Assembly: GCA_027858345.1 (NCBI GenBank)
Contig: JAQICX010000182.1
Location: forward strand, 273-64,272
Length of the DNA stretch: 64,000 bases
DNA from: Kiritimatiellia bacterium
GTDB taxonomy: Bacteria > Verrucomicrobiota > Kiritimatiellia > JAQICX01
Reading direction: 5' to 3'
A program made the translations under genes and the position numbers. This document shows positions 19,839 through 30,563 of the stretch, piece by piece. Each line of letters opens with the position of its first letter. Position 1 is the first letter of the stretch. Below the pieces are notes generated by a model. The model searched no databases. It was not told the origin of the DNA and worked only from the letters and a program-made list of their open reading frames with translations.

Positions 19839-20921
19839 TTATTTACCTGGTTCCCAGTTATATAAAAATGGACTCGCACTATTTCTTACACCCAAAAGAT
19901 TTGAGAGATCCAAGCCATTTGACACACCAAACATTGTTCGCCAATTAAATGCTTCCTCATATCTATAGACTTTTATATCTTCAACACCTAAAAGTTCGGC
20001 ACAAACATCTTGAGCATCTTCATAATAGCCAATTTGATCAATGAGTTCTAAATCCTTTGCCTGAGCTGCCGTAAAGATTCTTCCATCAGCAATAGCTGTA
20101 ACTTCTTCAAGAGTTAATCCCCTACCAGTCATAATTACTTCAACAAATCTTGTATGCATCTGTTCAATTACTACTTGCAATAAAGCCTGTTGTTCAGGAT
20201 TTACCTGTTTTAAAGGATTCATCATATCTTTATTATCACCTGAAGTAATTGTTACATCCTGTATGCCAACTTTCTGAGCAAGTTCATACATGTTAATTGA
20301 TTGCATAATAACAGAAAGAGAACCAGTCACCGAGGTTGGACGAGCAACAATATAATCCGCTGCCGTTGCAATATAATAAGCACCTGATGCAGCAACATCA
20401 CCAAAAATTGCAACAACCTTTCTGTCAGGATCGTTCTCCTTAAATTTCATCAGAGCATGATAAACAATATCACTTGCTGTTATTCCACCACCACCACTAT
20501 TCACATCCAGAATAATTGCCTTTACATCATAATCCAATGTTGCTCTTTTGATAGCAGAAAGGGCCGCAGAAGTAGGACTCACTGTTTTGCCAAAAATGCT
20601 ATCACTCGAACTTAATGTAATAAATCCGTTAATAGGAACCCTGACAACCTTCGTCATAGAAGATCCTGAACCAGAACTCCAGACCTCTGTCAATGCAGGA
20701 TACTCATCCCTGCCATAGACAGAATCGTCTTCCAATTCATCAAACGCAGCCGACTGAACTGCCTTTGAGAATCCTGCTGCTGCAATGGCTCCAACAGCAA
20801 AAAGAACCAAAACAAACATTACAGCAAATTGTACCGCTATAACTGTCCATAAACATCCCTTTCCTCCAGAACCTGACTGTTGAATAATTATACGATCACT
20901 CTTCAAATTTGACTCTTCCAT
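19839..20921 (-). CDS. sppA: Signal peptide peptidase SppA (S49 family, 36K type)
   Basis: 360 aa; N-terminal TM; S49 ClpP-fold motifs (…GDVAASGAYYIATAADYIVARPTSVTGS…). Confidence 0.8.
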   Translation of the reverse strand: MEESNLKSDRIIIQQSGSGGKGCLWTVIAVQFAVMFVLVLFAVGAIAAAGFSKAVQSAAFDELEDDSVYGRDEYPALTEVWSSGSGSSMTKVVRVPINGFITLSSSDSIFGKTVSPTSAALSAIKRATLDYDVKAIILDVNSGGGGITASDIVYHALMKFKENDPDRKVVAIFGDVAASGAYYIATAADYIVARPTSVTGSLSVIMQSINMYELAQKVGIQDVTITSGDNKDMMNPLKQVNPEQQALLQVVIEQMHTRFVEVIMTGRGLTLEEVTAIADGRIFTAAQAKDLELIDQIGYYEDAQDVCAELLGVEDIKVYRYEEAFNWRTMFGVSNGLDLSNLLGVRNSASPFLYNWEPGK

Positions 20922-21074
20922 CTTATATGCCCTTTCTATTATTCTGGTTCTACCAGAAATTTTACACTCTTTTCAAACCTATTATCAATGTGATAAAAAA
21001 CTGTTTTGTCTTATGCAATCTCTTCTCGTCTGTCATCGTCCGATGCTACAGACATTGTGTCTACAAAACAAACC

Positions 21075-21175
21075 CCTGTTCGCCAAAACTCCTCCCCGGC
21101 TAGCTTGCTAGTCCCGCTCTGCGGGAGGAGGTCACCTCGCGTGCGAGGTGGGAGGGTACTTACTTCTTCCTTAGA
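21075..21175. repeat. Stacked-hairpin GC-rich intergenic repeat (family 2: CTCCTCCC...GGGAGGAGG + CACCTCGC-gtg-CGAGGTG + GGGAGGGTACTTACTTCTTCC)
   Basis: Copies at 21075-21175, 22598-22672, 31385-31495, 31836-31960 and inverted at 50640-50745. Confidence 0.8.
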
Positions 21176-21421
21176 TATTTTGTTGCCACTCCTTAAAGTC
21201 GTTGCTTTAGCTTCGCCAAGGCCTGTCTTCGCTTCGCTACGGATGTTGATTATTAGATATTCAGTTTCCCTATGTTTTATAAAATTTTTGACAGTACCTA
21301 TATTATTCTATAACTTTAAAATCTCACTAACTCCATTTACCACGCTCCCAAAGAAAAACAGCTATCTACACCTTGAGCAGGCTTTAAAATTACGCAAACC
21401 GTTAGTTGTATTGCACAACGT

Positions 21422-21455
21422 CTGTAGCCGAGGTCCGCAGACCTCGGGAAAACAA
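21422..21455. repeat. CTGTAGCCGA + 8-bp-stem hairpin (GGTCcgcaGACC) + GGGAAAA module (family 1)
   Basis: Same module at 18295-18330, 43670-43700, 50851-50880 with different but self-complementary stems. Confidence 0.75.
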
Positions 21456-21480
21456 AGGTTAACAACCTCGCCCCTCAATC

Positions 21481-22398
21481 TTAATTTTCAAGATATTTCT
21501 GAGCATCAAGAGCAGCCATACACCCTGTGCCAGCAGCTACAATAGCCTGCTTATACACAGGATCAATAACATCTCCACAAGCAAATATACCAGGAATATT
21601 TGTCTTTGTTGTGCCAACCTCTATCTTTAGTAGTCCCCCTTCATTAACCTCAACCAAATCTTTAAAAGCCTCTATCTGAGGATCATGCCCTATTGCAGCA
21701 AAAATACCCTCACATTCAACCTCTAACTCTTCTCCCGTTTCAAGATTTTTTAAAACAGCACCAGCAACCATACCATTATCATCACCTTTTATTTTTGTAA
21801 TCACATAAGGAATAAGCCACTTAATCTTTTCCTGTGCTTTAGCCTTTTCAACCTCAATTGGATCTGCTCTCAAATACTCCCTGCGATGAACAATTGTTAC
21901 TTCATCAGCAAACCGTGTCAAAAACAAAGCATCCTCAATAGCTGTGTTTCCTCCACCAACAACTAAAACCTTACAATTTCTGTAAAACGCTCCATCGCAT
22001 GTTGCACATCCAGAAACACCTTTGCCATAAAACTCAGGCTCATTCTCAACAGGTAGACGCCTTGCAATAGCACCTGAGGCAACAATCAAACTCTTGGTCT
22101 CAATTTCTCGACCATCATCAGTCTTTACAACAATTATATCACCCTTTTTTGATACTCCAGAAACAGAAGCACTATCAAACCGTGCACCAAACTTCTCTGC
22201 CTGTGTTTTGAATTTATCAAGCAATTCAAATCCCGAAATCATATCAAATCCAGGATAATTTTCAACCTCTTGAGATACTACAAGCTGACCACCTGGTGAT
22301 GGTCCCTCAAAAATCAATGGACTCAACATCGCTCTAGCTGCATATATTGCCGCTGTTGCCCCCGCTGGTCCTGAACCAGCAATAATTAAATTCTCCAT
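21481..22398 (-). CDS. trxB: Thioredoxin-disulfide reductase
   Basis: 305 aa; FAD motif GSGPAGATAAIYAARA, redox-active CATCDG, NADPH motif VVGGGNTAIEDALFL. Confidence 0.9.
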   Translation of the reverse strand: MENLIIAGSGPAGATAAIYAARAMLSPLIFEGPSPGGQLVVSQEVENYPGFDMISGFELLDKFKTQAEKFGARFDSASVSGVSKKGDIIVVKTDDGREIETKSLIVASGAIARRLPVENEPEFYGKGVSGCATCDGAFYRNCKVLVVGGGNTAIEDALFLTRFADEVTIVHRREYLRADPIEVEKAKAQEKIKWLIPYVITKIKGDDNGMVAGAVLKNLETGEELEVECEGIFAAIGHDPQIEAFKDLVEVNEGGLLKIEVGTTKTNIPGIFACGDVIDPVYKQAIVAAGTGCMAALDAQKYLEN

Positions 22399-22597
22399 TT
22401 TATCGTCCTTTCTCTATAATTCATTCCGTTAAAAACTTTACTCTTTTAAAAACATATTTTGTTATAAATCAACGAGATACAGCAACTTTTGCTCTATTCC
22501 TATTTTTTTCGTCAGTCAACTGTGTCCTGCGAAGCTTGCAAAGCGAAGAATGATCTCGCCTTGCTTGACTACAGCCATCGTATCTAAAAACTACCCC

Positions 22598-22672
22598 TAG
22601 TATGCAAAAACTCCTCCCGCTTTTAGGGGAGGTCACCTCGCCTGCGAGGTGGGAGGGGTACTTACTTCTTCC
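22598..22672. repeat. Stacked-hairpin repeat family 2 copy (CCTCCCgcttttaGGGGAGG + CACCTCGCctgCGAGGTG + GGGAGGGGTACTTACTTCTTCC)
   Basis: Read directly; near-identical 3' half to 21127-21170. Confidence 0.8.
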
Positions 22673-22765
22673 TTGGACATTCCCTGTTGGATGTTGGATA
22701 TTCAATTTGTATATATTAAGTTTTCATCTTTTTAATATAATTTTAAAAGGGCCCTATAATCCATT

Positions 22766-23794
22766 TTAAACAAGTGTAACCACCTTCTCGCCTTCAACAA
22801 CCTTGCCAATAACAGTTGGTCTTTCTCCCGCTTCAGTCAAAATTTCCAATGCTTTGATAACATCATCTTCAGAAACAATCATAACAAACCCAATACCCAT
22901 GTTGAATACACGATACATCTCTTCACAATCAACATTACCCTCAATCCTAATAAAATTATAGATCTCTGGAACCTTCCAAGTTGATTTATCAACCTCAATT
23001 CCAACACCATCAGGTAAAATTCTTGGAATATTATCACAAAAACCACCACCTGTAATATGTGCCATACCAGCAACAGTTATCTCTTCCATAACAGCCATTG
23101 CGGGCTTCAAATAACTTTTATGCACAGCAAGAAGAATGTCAGCAACTGTCCTATCTGTACCCGGCAGAACATCATTCACACCAAGTCCAGCATCCTCAAA
23201 AATCACCTTTCTTGCAAGAGAATAACCATTAGTATGCAGCCCCGAAGATGGCAAACCTATAAGCACATCACCCTCTTCAATGTTTTCACCTGTAACAATC
23301 TTATCCTTATCAACAACGCCAACAATTGTTCCAACCAAATCATATTCACCCTCAGGGTAAAGCCCAGGCATCTCTGCCGTCTCGCCACCAAGCAGTGTAC
23401 AACCATTCTCAATACATGCAGTACAAAGTCCCTTCACAACATCCTTAAACACTTCACCCTTAAGCTTGGCTGTACCCAGATAATCCATAAAAAATAGTGG
23501 TTTTGCACCCTGAACAAGAATATCATTAACACAATGATTAATCAAATCCTGACCAACAGTGTCATGAATACCTGCCATAGAAGCAACCTTCAACTTTGTT
23601 CCCACACCATCTGCACTTGAAACCAAAATACTGTCAGCTCCTGGAGACTTAAACAGCCCGCCAAAAGAACCAATACTACTCAAAACACCATCCGTATTTG
23701 TCTGTTTAACCATCTCTTTCACAGAAGTCAAAGAAGACATCATCTCATCAATGTCTACTCCCGCTGCTGCATATGCCGATTTTTTCTCTTTCAT
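22766..23794 (-). CDS. purM: Phosphoribosylformylglycinamidine cyclo-ligase (AIR synthetase)
   Basis: 342 aa; PurM N- and C-domain motifs (…SADGVGTKLK…, …HITGGG…). Confidence 0.9.
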   Translation of the reverse strand: MKEKKSAYAAAGVDIDEMMSSLTSVKEMVKQTNTDGVLSSIGSFGGLFKSPGADSILVSSADGVGTKLKVASMAGIHDTVGQDLINHCVNDILVQGAKPLFFMDYLGTAKLKGEVFKDVVKGLCTACIENGCTLLGGETAEMPGLYPEGEYDLVGTIVGVVDKDKIVTGENIEEGDVLIGLPSSGLHTNGYSLARKVIFEDAGLGVNDVLPGTDRTVADILLAVHKSYLKPAMAVMEEITVAGMAHITGGGFCDNIPRILPDGVGIEVDKSTWKVPEIYNFIRIEGNVDCEEMYRVFNMGIGFVMIVSEDDVIKALEILTEAGERPTVIGKVVEGEKVVTLV

Positions 23795-23929
23795 AACTAC
23801 ATCCCTTCGTAAAATTCAATTAATAATTCACAATAAACCATATTCAAAAAATCATAGTTACAATATACAGTATTCCCATCATAAACTAAAGCATTTTTTC
23901 CTCCCTCCCTCATTTTCCTAAACAAAACC

Positions 23930-23958
23930 TTGCAGATATTCAGAAAAAACAATATTAT
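23930..23958 (+). promoter_or_regulatory. Sigma-70-type promoter (TTGCAG-17-TATTAT) driving the 24165 gene with a ~200-nt leader
   Basis: -35 23930-23935, 17-bp spacer, -10 23953-23958. Confidence 0.5.
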
Positions 23959-24164
23959 ATTTGTAAAACAAAGATTTGCTAAATCCAAAAAAGGAAGACA
24001 ACGAACATAATTTCATGAAACAAAAACACAACCGATCAATAACTTTTTCCACTATTACAAACCCTGAGCGAGGAGTACCCTATTGTTGAAAACTCAGCAA
24101 CAGGAACGCAGGTAACCTTTAAAAAACAGGAAAAAGGACTCGATATCGTAAACACCACAAAGAG

Positions 24165-24746
24165 ATGTCAAAATTAACCCAAAAGGCACCATTAACCACT
24201 CCCGAAAAAGATATCTGTGCCAGAGCAATTTTCTGGAATGATCCTATACTGCAAATCTACCGCAAGAACCAATTGCAATATGATGACCAATGGAGCTCTA
24301 AGGTGATTAGCCGATACAAAAATATATTAAAAAGTATTGCAGATGTGCCCAAAAGCGATGAAGCATCTTTTGAATATGGAAAAACTCTCCTAAACATCTT
24401 GATTCATAAGCTTGAACTGATGGATAAACTCGATTGTGCATATGCAGAAAAAAACACGCAGAAACTCACAGCCATATCGCAGCTTGCATCTGAAATCATT
24501 AGCGAACTTGAAGAATTTTCAACATCTTTCAGAGAATATCAGTATGAAAGATACAACCCGCAAGGGTTCGAAATTCTTCAAATTCGCATTGGGGGACTCA
24601 AAGAAAGGTTCAAAGAAGTTTCGCTACGAGTTGAGGAATTGCTTCATGGCAAAATTGACTCAATCCCAGAGCTACACGAAAAGGCAAGCTACAGGCTGGT
24701 CAACAAGCACTACCACGACCTGGCAACCGCCTCATATTTTGTTTGA
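24165..24746 (+). CDS. Hypothetical cytoplasmic helical protein
   Basis: 193 aa ORF, no recognisable motifs. Confidence 0.5.
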   Translation: MSKLTQKAPLTTPEKDICARAIFWNDPILQIYRKNQLQYDDQWSSKVISRYKNILKSIADVPKSDEASFEYGKTLLNILIHKLELMDKLDCAYAEKNTQKLTAISQLASEIISELEEFSTSFREYQYERYNPQGFEILQIRIGGLKERFKEVSLRVEELLHGKIDSIPELHEKASYRLVNKHYHDLATASYFV

Positions 24747-24949
24747 CAATCATGATATAGACGCCTAGGACGGCATCTCGATAGGTCGGCTCACAGCAGG
24801 TACAAGCTTCCGTGCGTCGCTCTGCGATCTATGTGACGCTGTTGCTTGTTTATTTAACTTAGCGTTATTAGTTAAGCATCGTTTGCCGTTCTGGGAGCGA
24901 CAACGTCCTCGTTGTCATATAATAAATACCTGCGGAGCTATTCCAATGT

Positions 24950-26314
24950 TCAATGCTCTAGAATTTTTCCTGTGGATGCATTGAGGTTTTCTATTGCAAG
25001 AATTCTAGACAATCGTTCTCTTGCCAAAGCTGACTCTGCTGCAACAGCGTCTGTTTGCACTTGATTCAACCGAGTCACAGAAACAAGACTGGCGTTATAC
25101 TCTTCCGTGACAACATTCTCTATCTCATCTGCCAACCTATATATTTCATCACTCTTCTGCAACGACAAATTCTGAATTTCAAGATTATCACTTGCTACTC
25201 TGACATCTGCAACAACATCAATCTGAGTTTTTCTGTACAAATCAGAAGCAGCTGAAGCATCTGCTTTTGTTGCTCGAACTTTCCCGTGTCTCATACCACC
25301 ATCAAAAAGATCCCATGATGCCACCACACCAACAAATGCTTCTGTATTTTCATCTTTGTTTAGGGCGTCAGTATCATCAACACCATTATATCCATAACGA
25401 CCTGTTGCAACTACAGTAGGCATATAACTACCTTTTTCTGCAGATACAGCTGCTTCAGCTTGATCCAATTCAAGCTCTTTCTGCAAAAGATCAGGACGAT
25501 GATCCACCGCATATAATATTTCTTTATCAAAATCCACTAAAAATTCTTTATACTCCTGCTCAAGATTTGAAACTGATTGAACATCGTTTGTAACAGTTCC
25601 ATCGTCAACCCCCATGAGTCTAGCCAAAGCAATTCTGGCTTGACGTTTAGACAATTCTGCAGCCAGTGCCTGGTTTTCAGAAGCAATTTTACGCATTTTA
25701 AAATTCATCACATCAGATCTTGATGCGGCACCTGCAAGATTTCTATCGCGAGTTTCTTTATAAAGCACCTCGTTCAACTTTGCAGTTTCAATTGCAATTC
25801 TCTGTTGTTCTCCGGCAAACAATACAGCCAAGTATGCTTGAGAAACTCCTTGAAGAAGAAGTCGCTGTGCATCAAGAGTAGAGTTTTCGCTTATTTCTTC
25901 TCCATATTTCGCAGCCATTATCCTATATTTACGGGATAAGCCATCAAATAGCAGCCATGAAACATCGACTCCTGCCTTATAATTGTCGTGAGAGCCTAAA
26001 GCTCCTTGGGAGCCGGGCACTTCTTCCATTCTGTAGGCTGAGCCATAGGCACTAACGGTAGGTAACCAAGCAGATTTTGCCTGTTGAGCAATCGCAGATG
26101 CAGCCTCAATACGTGTCATTGCTGCTTGCAGTCCAGGATTTCCGGACAAGGCAATTTCTTTTGCCTGTTTCAGTGTGAGAAGTCCATTAACAACCTCCCC
26201 TTTTTCTACAAAACTATCAGGTATACTTGCTGAGTCTTGAGCCGAAAGATTACTCACTGTCATAGGCAATGACAACCCAATTAAAATTATTATTATAGAT
26301 ATTTTATCTTTCAT
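24950..26314 (-). CDS. Outer-membrane efflux factor (TolC/OprM family) with its own signal peptide, currently in frame with the upstream RND gene
   Basis: C-terminal 454 aa of the 1476-aa ORF; begins MKDKISIIIILIGLSLPMTVSNLSAQ (signal peptide) and shows OMF coiled-coil/barrel repeats (…LFDGLSRKYRIMAAKY…, …LFDGGMRHGKVRATKADASAASDLY…). Confidence 0.75.
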   Translation of the reverse strand: MKDKISIIIILIGLSLPMTVSNLSAQDSASIPDSFVEKGEVVNGLLTLKQAKEIALSGNPGLQAAMTRIEAASAIAQQAKSAWLPTVSAYGSAYRMEEVPGSQGALGSHDNYKAGVDVSWLLFDGLSRKYRIMAAKYGEEISENSTLDAQRLLLQGVSQAYLAVLFAGEQQRIAIETAKLNEVLYKETRDRNLAGAASRSDVMNFKMRKIASENQALAAELSKRQARIALARLMGVDDGTVTNDVQSVSNLEQEYKEFLVDFDKEILYAVDHRPDLLQKELELDQAEAAVSAEKGSYMPTVVATGRYGYNGVDDTDALNKDENTEAFVGVVASWDLFDGGMRHGKVRATKADASAASDLYRKTQIDVVADVRVASDNLEIQNLSLQKSDEIYRLADEIENVVTEEYNASLVSVTRLNQVQTDAVAAESALARERLSRILAIENLNASTGKILEH

Positions 26315-29300
26315 AATTTTCTTTTTTCCTCTTCGTGTTCCAAAATCATAAAGTATAGGGACAACAAACAGTGTCAATATACCCGAAATCAAAATGCCAC
26401 CAGCGGAAGCAATACCAACACCATTTCTGGCTTCAGCGCCTATTCCTTGAGCCAAGCCCATTGGCAGCATGCCAAAGAAACCGGCAAATGTAATCATAAT
26501 AATTGGTCTCATCTGATCTCCAGCAGCAGTAATCATTGCTTTATGTACAGGCATTCCTTCTCTAAGATGTACATTGAGTTGTTCCATAATCAAAATTGCA
26601 TTGTTCACCACAATCCCAATAAGCATAACTATGCCCATAATCACAAACACAGATATACTCTCATTCATCAATAATAACGCCCAGAACACACCAATCAATC
26701 CAAGTGGAAGTGTAACTAAAATTAATGCTGGTTGTTTCCACGACTCCATAATCGCAGCCAGTGTCAAAATAACCAAAATGATAGCTAACAAACCTGCTTC
26801 ACCAAGACTTGCCTGGCTCTCTGCCATGTTTTCTGCATCGCCAGAAAAAATAATTTCATACCCAGGTGGTAAAAGCTGCTCTTTGTCAACATATGAAGCA
26901 ATAACCCCAATAGCTATTCCAAGAGGAAAATCAGGATTCAAATTACTTGTTAATTTTGTGACTCGCCTTTTGTCTCTACGAAGAATCTGCACAGGAGTGT
27001 TGACTTCCTCAAAATTCACAAACGATTCAACCGAAACTGGTTTGCCAGGAAGTCCCGGAACAGAGAATGATTTAACTTGATCTTTGCCTTGTATTTCTTC
27101 ATATTTAACAACAATATCATAATTTCTGTCACCTTGTTTAAATGTGCCAATCTCAATACCTTCAAGATTACCTCTCAATGACATTCCAAATGTAGTTGCA
27201 GAAATACCAAGATCACTGAAAATTGCTCTCTTAGGAAACATTTTGAGCTTATTCTTGCCCAGACGTACTGATGTGTCAACGTCGCTAAAGCCTGGATAAT
27301 TTTCACAATACTGCTTAATATTTAAAGATAAAGCATTAAGAACATCCAACTCATCACCAACAATATAAGCCTCAACAGGTGTGCTGATGCCTCCAATTAA
27401 CGATGGGATAAACGCCCCGGTTAAACAATCGGTTATACCCGTCAATCTGTTTCGAACAATCTCAAGCAAATCATAAATAGTTGCATCTCGTTCATCCCTT
27501 TCCAAAAATTTCAATTGAACTTGCCCAAGATATACACCTTCCGATGCCTGACCGGCAATACCTTGAATTTTGCCAACAGTCACTAGACTACTTGTAAGTC
27601 CTGGCAAATCATCAAACAGTTTTGCAATTTCCAGAACACGTCCAACGCTGTTGTCCAATGAATATGAGGTAGGAAACTCTAAACGAACTGTAATTGAACC
27701 CTTATCCAGATCAGGAAAGAAACTGCCACCAACAGCCTTTGCCGACTTCAAGGCAGACATAAACATTAAAACTACCGCAATAATAAAAAGTATTGCAAAA
27801 ATCTTTCTTTTTTCAAACAAACGCAATAGTTTTCTATATGCGCTGATAACCTTGTCAAGTCCGGCATTGAACTTGTTTTCAAAAAATGCAAGAACACCCT
27901 TGTTTTTTCGACTTGTTAAAAGCTTTGCACATAACATTGGTGTTAATGTGAAAGATATAAAGAGTGATACAAGAGTCATAATAAGCATTGTCAAAACCAA
28001 TGGTTTAAGAAACATTGCAACCATACCGCCCATCATAGCAATAGGAAGAAGCACAACACAATTTGTTCCAGCTGACGCTAAAACAGGAAGCCAGGAATCT
28101 GAGGCTCCAAGTCTCGCTGCCTCTTTTGGATCTTTACCCTGCGAAATGTGCTTGCTTATTGCCTCCATAACCACAATGGAATTGGTTACAAGAATACCCA
28201 CACTCATACCAATTGATATCAATGTTGACATATTCAATGTATAATTCATTAGCCCCATAAAGAAAAGACCAATAACAATCGTAAGTGGCATTGTTATACA
28301 TACAACAAACGTTGTTCTAATATTATAAAGAAACAAAAATAGAATCAATCCCGTGAGCACAACACCCATTGCAACATTTTCCCAAGCACTATCTACAGAT
28401 GCCTTGATAAACTTTCCCTCATCATTAACCCACTTAAGATCCATTCCTCCTGGTAATTGCTCCTTCAATTTTGAAAACTCTGACCGAACAGAATCAACAA
28501 CTTCAACAGCATTTGCATCCGCAAGCTTAACAATTTCAATTGCTATGCAAGATGCACCATCGAGAAAAGCCTTTTGCCTAATCTCTTCAGTTGTCATGAC
28601 AGCCTTGCCAACATCTTTCAAATATACCCGCTTACCATCAACATTTGCAACTTCCAGTTCATTAAAGTCTACAACTTCCAAAGGGTCAGCATCAAATTCA
28701 ACAGTATATTCAAAACCATTATCTTTGACTCTACCTGATGGAATCAAACCAATTGCTGAATTAATATTTTGAGCTACTATTCCAGAGGTCAGCCCTCTTG
28801 CAGCAAGTTTATCTCTATCTATAAGAATATGAACTTCACGCTTAGCACCACCAATCAGCGTACACTCTGCAACACCTGCAATGGACGACAACCGGTCTTT
28901 TAAAGTATTATCAGCATAATCATACAGATCGGCAATGGGCAAATCACCAGTCAATGCAAGCTTCACAACAGGAACGGCATTAACATCAAATTTTTCCACG
29001 ATAGGATCTTCAACCCCTGCAGGGAAATCACCAGCAATTAAACCAATTTTTTCTCGCACATCCATCGCTGCAATATCAATATCTGTACCATATTCAAACT
29101 CAAGAAACGTAAAGCACACATTTTCCATAGCTGTTGACTCAACATGTTTAATGCCATTGAGAGTCATCACTTTATCTTCAATTCTCTTTGCAACATCAGT
29201 CTCTATCTGTTCAGGACTTGCTCCGGGAAAAATTGTTTTAATCGTAATGATCGGTGCATCGATACTCGGAAGCATCTCCAAACCCATCTTACGATAAGTA

Positions 29301-29380
29301 TTGAACCCTAGTAAAACCAGGGCAATCAACAAACAAGACATCGCAATAGGACGCCTAATTGACGCATTTGATAAAAACAT
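26315..29380 (-). CDS. RND multidrug efflux transporter (AcrB/HAE1 family); lacks a stop codon and reads through an A6 tract into the OMF gene
   Basis: N-terminal 1022 aa of the 1476-aa ORF; 12-TM RND architecture, MFLSNASIRRPIAMSCLLIALVLLGF..., ends ...FGTRRGKKKI then MKDK. Confidence 0.85.
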
Positions 29381-29392
29381 AATTATAACTCC

Positions 29393-30550
29393 CTATTTAC
29401 GAACATTTATGCCTGTGTCATCATTAAGCAGAAATTGTCCTTCAACAATAACCAAATCACCAGTCTTAATAGATTCGTCAACGACTTCTGTCCAACCATT
29501 AAACTCCAAACCAGTTTTAATTGGTACAAGCTTTGCAACTTCACCATCTGCAACAAAAACTACATCACCTGTTTGTTTCTTAATGATTGCCTTAGTTGGA
29601 ACCCCAATACCCTTGGATTTACCAAGTTGAATAACACCACTAATCAAACTTCCTGGGGCAACCAGTTCGCTATTTACCAAATCTGCTTTAACTTCAAAAA
29701 CCCTTAACATATTATCAATTGACGGAGCTTTATAGCTAAGCACATAGTCTCCCTCCTGCTTCTCATTTGAAAAAATCATTAACTTTGTTGTTCCTGCATT
29801 AATATCTGAATAATACTGAGATGGAATATAGAAAGATGCTTCAAGCTTGTTTACACTCTCAATTTTGAACACAGCCTTACCTGTCGTGCCCATATCTCCA
29901 ACATAATAAAATGTTTCAGACACAACTCCGCTGATTGGTGCCTTCACAACAGTATCGGACAAGTTCTTTTTTGCAATTTCCAGTGCGGCTGCTGCCTGAG
30001 AAACTTGCTCTTTTGAGAGCTGAATCAATGTATCTGCATGTTTTACAGATGCTTTGGCCTGCAGCATACCTGATTCCAACTTTTCAATTGTATCCAAGGT
30101 TCCAACCTGCTTTTCATCATACAATTTTTTTTGTCGTTTGTAATCAATTTCAGCTTTATTTAAAACAGCTTCAGCCTGTTCTTTTAAAGCCTCTTTTTCA
30201 TTCACAGCACATTTTGCAACCGCAAGTTCCTGTTTAGCAAGAATCATAGCCTGCTCAGTTTTTATTGCATCAACTGCAAACAACTTAGTTTTATCTTTTT
30301 CAACAGCATCGCCCTCGTTCACAAAAAGCTCTGTAATCGTTCCGGATATACGTGGCGTAACCATCGCAACATCTTTGGCCTCAACCGAACCTTCAACACT
30401 AATGTTATCCTCAAAATCCATGATTTCTCCATTCGCAACAATAACAGGAATTGACTTCTTCTCAACTTCTTTAGCCACTTCTTTTTTTCCGCACCCAACA
30501 AATGCCAATAAAACTGCCAATAACAAAAATTTAATTATTTTACTCATCAT
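29393..30550 (-). CDS. RND efflux membrane fusion protein (periplasmic adaptor, HlyD/AcrA family), lipoprotein
   Basis: 385 aa; lipobox LAFVGCG; coiled-coil hairpin and beta-barrel domains. Confidence 0.85.
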   Translation of the reverse strand: MMSKIIKFLLLAVLLAFVGCGKKEVAKEVEKKSIPVIVANGEIMDFEDNISVEGSVEAKDVAMVTPRISGTITELFVNEGDAVEKDKTKLFAVDAIKTEQAMILAKQELAVAKCAVNEKEALKEQAEAVLNKAEIDYKRQKKLYDEKQVGTLDTIEKLESGMLQAKASVKHADTLIQLSKEQVSQAAAALEIAKKNLSDTVVKAPISGVVSETFYYVGDMGTTGKAVFKIESVNKLEASFYIPSQYYSDINAGTTKLMIFSNEKQEGDYVLSYKAPSIDNMLRVFEVKADLVNSELVAPGSLISGVIQLGKSKGIGVPTKAIIKKQTGDVVFVADGEVAKLVPIKTGLEFNGWTEVVDESIKTGDLVIVEGQFLLNDDTGINVRK

Positions 30551-30563
30551 TCTTATCTCTCTT

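Noticed and set aside
21006-21545. 179-aa plus-strand ORF with Arg/Pro/Ser-rich translation
   Set aside because: Lies entirely over GC-rich family-1/2 hairpin repeats between convergent genes; composition-driven open frame, no RBS or domain.
23795-23990. Purine riboswitch upstream of purM (minus strand)
   Set aside because: Leader lacks the conserved UAUA..UCGGG..GUUUCUACC..CCGUAAAU core; the small ORF 23797-23988 is likely spurious.
25055-29297. Multiple 60-220-aa ORFs antisense or out of frame within the RND/OMF gene (e.g. 27570-28244, 26574-27080)
   Set aside because: Embedded in a strongly supported 1476-aa coding frame; typical shadow ORFs.
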